Assembly (NCBI GenBank): GCA_039208735.1
Contig: JBCCQY010000053.1
Coordinates: forward strand, 1-51,074
Length of the DNA stretch: 51,074 bases
DNA from: Myxococcota bacterium
GTDB taxonomy: Bacteria; Myxococcota_A; UBA796; GCA-2862545
Reading direction: 5' to 3'
The translations under genes were made by a program, and so were the position numbers. Within the stretch, counting starts at the first letter, position 1. The number at the start of each line of letters is the position of its first letter. A model generated the notes under the pieces. That model saw nothing but the letters and a program-made list of their open reading frames with translations. It ran no database searches and had not been told where the DNA came from. Positions 47,668 to 51,074 of the stretch are shown here, piece by piece.

Positions 47668-48704
47668 GGGCAGACTTTGCCGATCGGCGTATCGGTGGAC
47701 AAGTCGAAGGCCGCATCGGTTGCGGCGAGGTGCACAGTCGAATCGCCGCCACTGTCTTTGACGCTGTAGTAGAGCAGGTACTCGTCGGTATCGAGCTTGA
47801 TGGCGTCAAAATGCCGGTAGTTGTTGTCACCCGCCCACGTGATGGAGGCGGTGGAGTTCGTGAACCAGGTGGAGAAGTCGGTCGAAATCGACTTTCCAAT
47901 TCCACCTTGCTGAGTCACCCCAAAGTCGGTGTCCTTCGACCCTAACCACATGGCGTACTCAAACGTGGAATCGTCGCCGCAGATCATCGCAGGCGACATG
48001 AATTCATCGTAGACCCAGCTCGAGCTTGAGAAGTCACTGTTCGTCGGATCGAACGCGAGGACCCCCGCGGTGAACGTGGTGGGGTTGTTCGACGTGAACG
48101 TGTGGACGTTGGGGTAGAGCTGGACCGCCATGTGGAACGTACTTCCCACCCGAACGATCCGCGGATATCCCCCGTACCGTCCTGACGGAAACGCGATCAC
48201 CGTGCCCGCCTGAATGGTGACCGAACCGAGGCCGCCCGACGCATCGAGGTCGATCCGAGCGCGCCCGATGCCGGTGTACTCGCAGAAACTGCCCGAGCAA
48301 TCGGTGTTCGACTCGGCCTTCCAATAGACCTGCACCCGACCGTTGGACCCCGTATTGGTGAACACCGCCGAGGGGTGAGCGGCGACACAGGCGTACCCGT
48401 TGCCCGTCGACGGCGTCGGCATCACCACCGAGGTTGACTCGATGTTCCAGTTCGTGCCATCGGTGCTCGTGGCCATTCCCAGGGCCCATACCCCCTTGTT
48501 GCAGTCGGACGCCGTGGTGGGTGTCCTCGCCTCAAAGACCATGATGAGCTGATTGTGGATCGAGTCCCAGGTGATGGACGGCCCTCCGACACTCAGGCTG
48601 GCAAAGCTGATGCCTACATCGGGGCCCATGACTTGGCCCAACTCCGTGAACGTCTGAGCTTGGGCACCGAAAAGAGAGCTGAACAGAGCAAGCAACCACG
48701 GCAT
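47664..48704 (-). CDS. Secreted protein, putative five-bladed beta-propeller (GH43/32-like fold)
   Basis: Signal peptide; GPSI, LGMATSTDG.NW, HPSAV, YPRIV, IGKSISTDF..W, YLLYYS blade-like motifs. Confidence 0.6.
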   Translation of the reverse strand: MPWLLALFSSLFGAQAQTFTELGQVMGPDVGISFASLSVGGPSITWDSIHNQLIMVFEARTPTTASDCNKGVWALGMATSTDGTNWNIESTSVVMPTPSTGNGYACVAAHPSAVFTNTGSNGRVQVYWKAESNTDCSGSFCEYTGIGRARIDLDASGGLGSVTIQAGTVIAFPSGRYGGYPRIVRVGSTFHMAVQLYPNVHTFTSNNPTTFTAGVLAFDPTNSDFSSSSWVYDEFMSPAMICGDDSTFEYAMWLGSKDTDFGVTQQGGIGKSISTDFSTWFTNSTASITWAGDNNYRHFDAIKLDTDEYLLYYSVKDSGGDSTVHLAATDAAFDLSTDTPIGKVCP

Positions 48705-48764
48705 GGAGACTCCGGGACGCCTAGTGACGTCACGTCATCCCATCGACCGGTTGGGGGCTCCGGT

Positions 48765-51074
48765 TTAGGTGGACCGACGGCTGTAGCGCTGCCCCCCAAT
48801 CCACATCCATTGCGGGTGCCGGCTGCTCGGGGCCAATGTGGAATACAGCGTGAAGGCCTCCGAGCGGTCGGAGAACGACATCCAGACGGAGGCCACCCCC
48901 AGCCGGTAGGTGCCCGGTTCGCCGCCGAAGGTCAGCTCGCCCCCGTGGGTGAGCGACAGCTCGAGGCCATCGTCGCGTTCCCATCGGCCTTGCATCGTGC
49001 GACCGGAAAGGTCGAAATCGGTGCGACGCCAAACGATGCCTCCCATCCGGAGCAGGTAGGTCTCCCGTTCGACCTCAAAGGTCGCCGCTGGGGCATCGAA
49101 GAACCGGATGGTTGCTTGCGCATCGTCGCGCTCGTAGACCGCTACCCGATGGCCACGACGCCAGTGGGCGTCCCAATCGATGGGCTCCGGGTGGACCGGC
49201 GGAGCGTCGGTGTAGACACCTTCCTTCGTAAAGATCCGCCAAAGGCCGGTCGGGGAAAGGTAGGCTCCACGCAATCGACGAGACTCGGGCAGTTCCTCGA
49301 TGGGCCAATCGGGGTGCTGGGTCGGCGCGACAGGCGGTTCCTGGGGTACGTCCGCGCCGAATGAAGCGACCGGTCCACGCACCGTCGAGCCCGTGGGCTC
49401 ATCGTCGTCGGGAAAATCGGGCAGGGTGTCGGCAATCGAGACGGGAGCCGTCTCCTCGGTGGCATCGTCGCGACCGAACTCGAGGGGGTTCGGGGCCACG
49501 TCGTCGTCCATCAGACCTTCGGCGGGATGAATGCCCTCGCCTGGCGCCATCGGTTCGGGAGGAGGTGACCCAAGCGACGTCTCGACGCTACTCCGAGGAA
49601 CTGCCGACAAAGGAGATGCGACGACCGGAATGGACGATGCGGCATCCGACGGTGCATCAAAGGGGTTCGGCAGTGCGGGTTCGGCAGGTGGGGAAACCGG
49701 ATCCGCGAATGGGTTTGGCGGGTCCGGCTCCACCGAGACCACAGGATCGGCAAACGGGTTGTCCGCCACCACTGGCGCCGGGCTCGCTTCGGGCACCGGG
49801 TCCGCGAACGGATTGTCCGCGGATGGCGAAGGTGCCGCGTCCGCCATGGCTTGCGGCGCGGGGTCCGCGAACGGATTGTCCGCAGATGGCGGAGGTGCCG
49901 CATTCGACAGGGCTTGCGGCGTGGGGTCCGCGAACGGATTGCTGGCCGTCGGTGGTTCCGGTTTCTCGACCGGAGGATTCGGCGGCGACTTGGTCTCGAA
50001 CGGATTCGGGATCGGAGGCGGACTGGCCGCGCCTTGGGCCGCGTTGATCAGCGTCGCGGCCGTTCCGACCAGCGCGCCAAGGGCCCCGGCCGCGGTACTC
50101 ACCACCGAAACCACTTCGGTCAGGTCCGGCATCTGGAAAGGATTGGCAGGTTCAGCGATGCGATTCGCGAACGGATTGCCCCCCGTCTGTCCGCTTGGAG
50201 CAGGGTCGGTCAGTGGTGCACCGGGTGCGAAGGGGTTGCCGCCCGCCGCGGGAATCGCGTCTTCAAACGGTGAAGAAACTGTAGCGACGGGCTCTGGGGA
50301 CTGGGGATCTGAAGGGGCCCCGTGAAAGTCAGGGGCAAAGGGGTTGCCCGCCGTCCGTTCCGCTGGCGGCGGCGGCGGCGTGGTCATCTCGGCCGAGCCA
50401 AACGGATTGCCGCCCACGGGCTTGGGCGTTCCCTCGAATGGATTCGACGAAACGGATGGTGCGGGAGTCGGATCTGCGAACGGGTTGGACACCGCCGCGG
50501 TCGACATCGCCCCTGCGGACGGATTCGGGGCCGGTGGAGACGTCGGGTCCGCAAACGGGTTGGTGGACACAGGCGGTGCCGGATCCTCGAACGGATTCGA
50601 TGGCTCGACCGACGCGACAGGCGCAGGGTCGGCGAATGGGTTCGATGACTCCGCGGGAGCGGGGCCCGCGAATGGATTCGACGGTTCGGCGGCAGCAACA
50701 GGAGCCGGGTCCGCGAACGGGTTCGATGGCTCGGCCGACGCTGCGGGCGCAGGATCCGCGAACGGGTTCGACGGCTCCGCGGACGCCGCAGGGGCGGGCT
50801 CCGCGAACGGGTTCGATGGCTTCACCGATGCGACAGGCGCCGGGTCCGCGAACGGATTCGATGGCTCCACCGATGCGACAGGCGCGGGCTCCGCGAACGG
50901 TTTCGATGGCTCCCCCTATGCGACGGGCGCCGGGTCCGCGAACGGATTCGATGGCTCCGCGGACGCCGCAGGGGCGGGCTCCGCGAACGGATTCGATGGC
51001 TCCGCGGACGTCGCAGAGGCGGGCTCCGCGAACGGGTTCGATGGCTCCGCGGACGCCGCAGGGGCGGGCTCCGC
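48765..51074 (-). CDS. NPF-repeat Pro-rich protein, 5' end beyond the window; one in-frame TAG at 50916-50918
   Basis: 22 NPF motifs in 48765-50870 plus 3 more upstream in the same frame; globular aromatic-rich C-terminal domain. Confidence 0.75.
49795..49941 (-). repeat. 63-bp degenerate tandem repeat (NPFADPxPQA...PSAD)
   Basis: gggtccgcgaacggatt recurs at 63-bp spacing three times. Confidence 0.8.
50560..51074 (-). repeat. Approximately 45-bp tandem repeat encoding EPSNPFA(D/E)PAP(A/V)AS(A/V)
   Basis: gaacgg(a/g)ttcgatggctc core recurring about every 45 bp to the window end. Confidence 0.93.

Noticed and set aside
50560..51074. CRISPR-like periodic repeat
   Set aside because: Units are contiguous, multiples of 3 and coding, with no unique spacers

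Overview
GC-rich bacterial chromosomal window that looks like Myxococcota/deltaproteobacteria. This is inferred from gene content: a MYXO-CTERM-like tail, TSP3-OmpA proteins, a stand-alone spd-type EF-G, and a split atpZIBE Fo cluster behind hemL. It is mostly housekeeping and envelope genes: tRNA-Arg(UCU), a coupled DUF72/PLP-lyase/FAD-oxidase/decarboxylase operon, PolX-PHP, RegB/RegA, fusA, a GlmU variant, UvrD/PcrA, speA, pepF, glgA, atpZIBE and hemL. No transposase, integrase, phage module or CRISPR array was seen. The most unusual items are: (1) a four-gene surface operon (LecA-like lectin, mini MYXO-CTERM protein, TraB-like barrel/TSP3/OmpA, tandem discoidin-like protein) resembling a split TraAB-type recognition system; (2) a protein with about 25 NPF motifs running off the window end; (3) a CoaB-GNAT-Nudix fusion; (4) a GlmU lacking its uridyltransferase signature; (5) an ATPase-SLOG fusion behind fusA; (6) a repeat-bounded structured element in the speA leader; (7) a small, apparently eroded islet with palindromic operator-like sites. 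All family assignments come from visual motif recognition, not database searches, and start codons were refined by eye.
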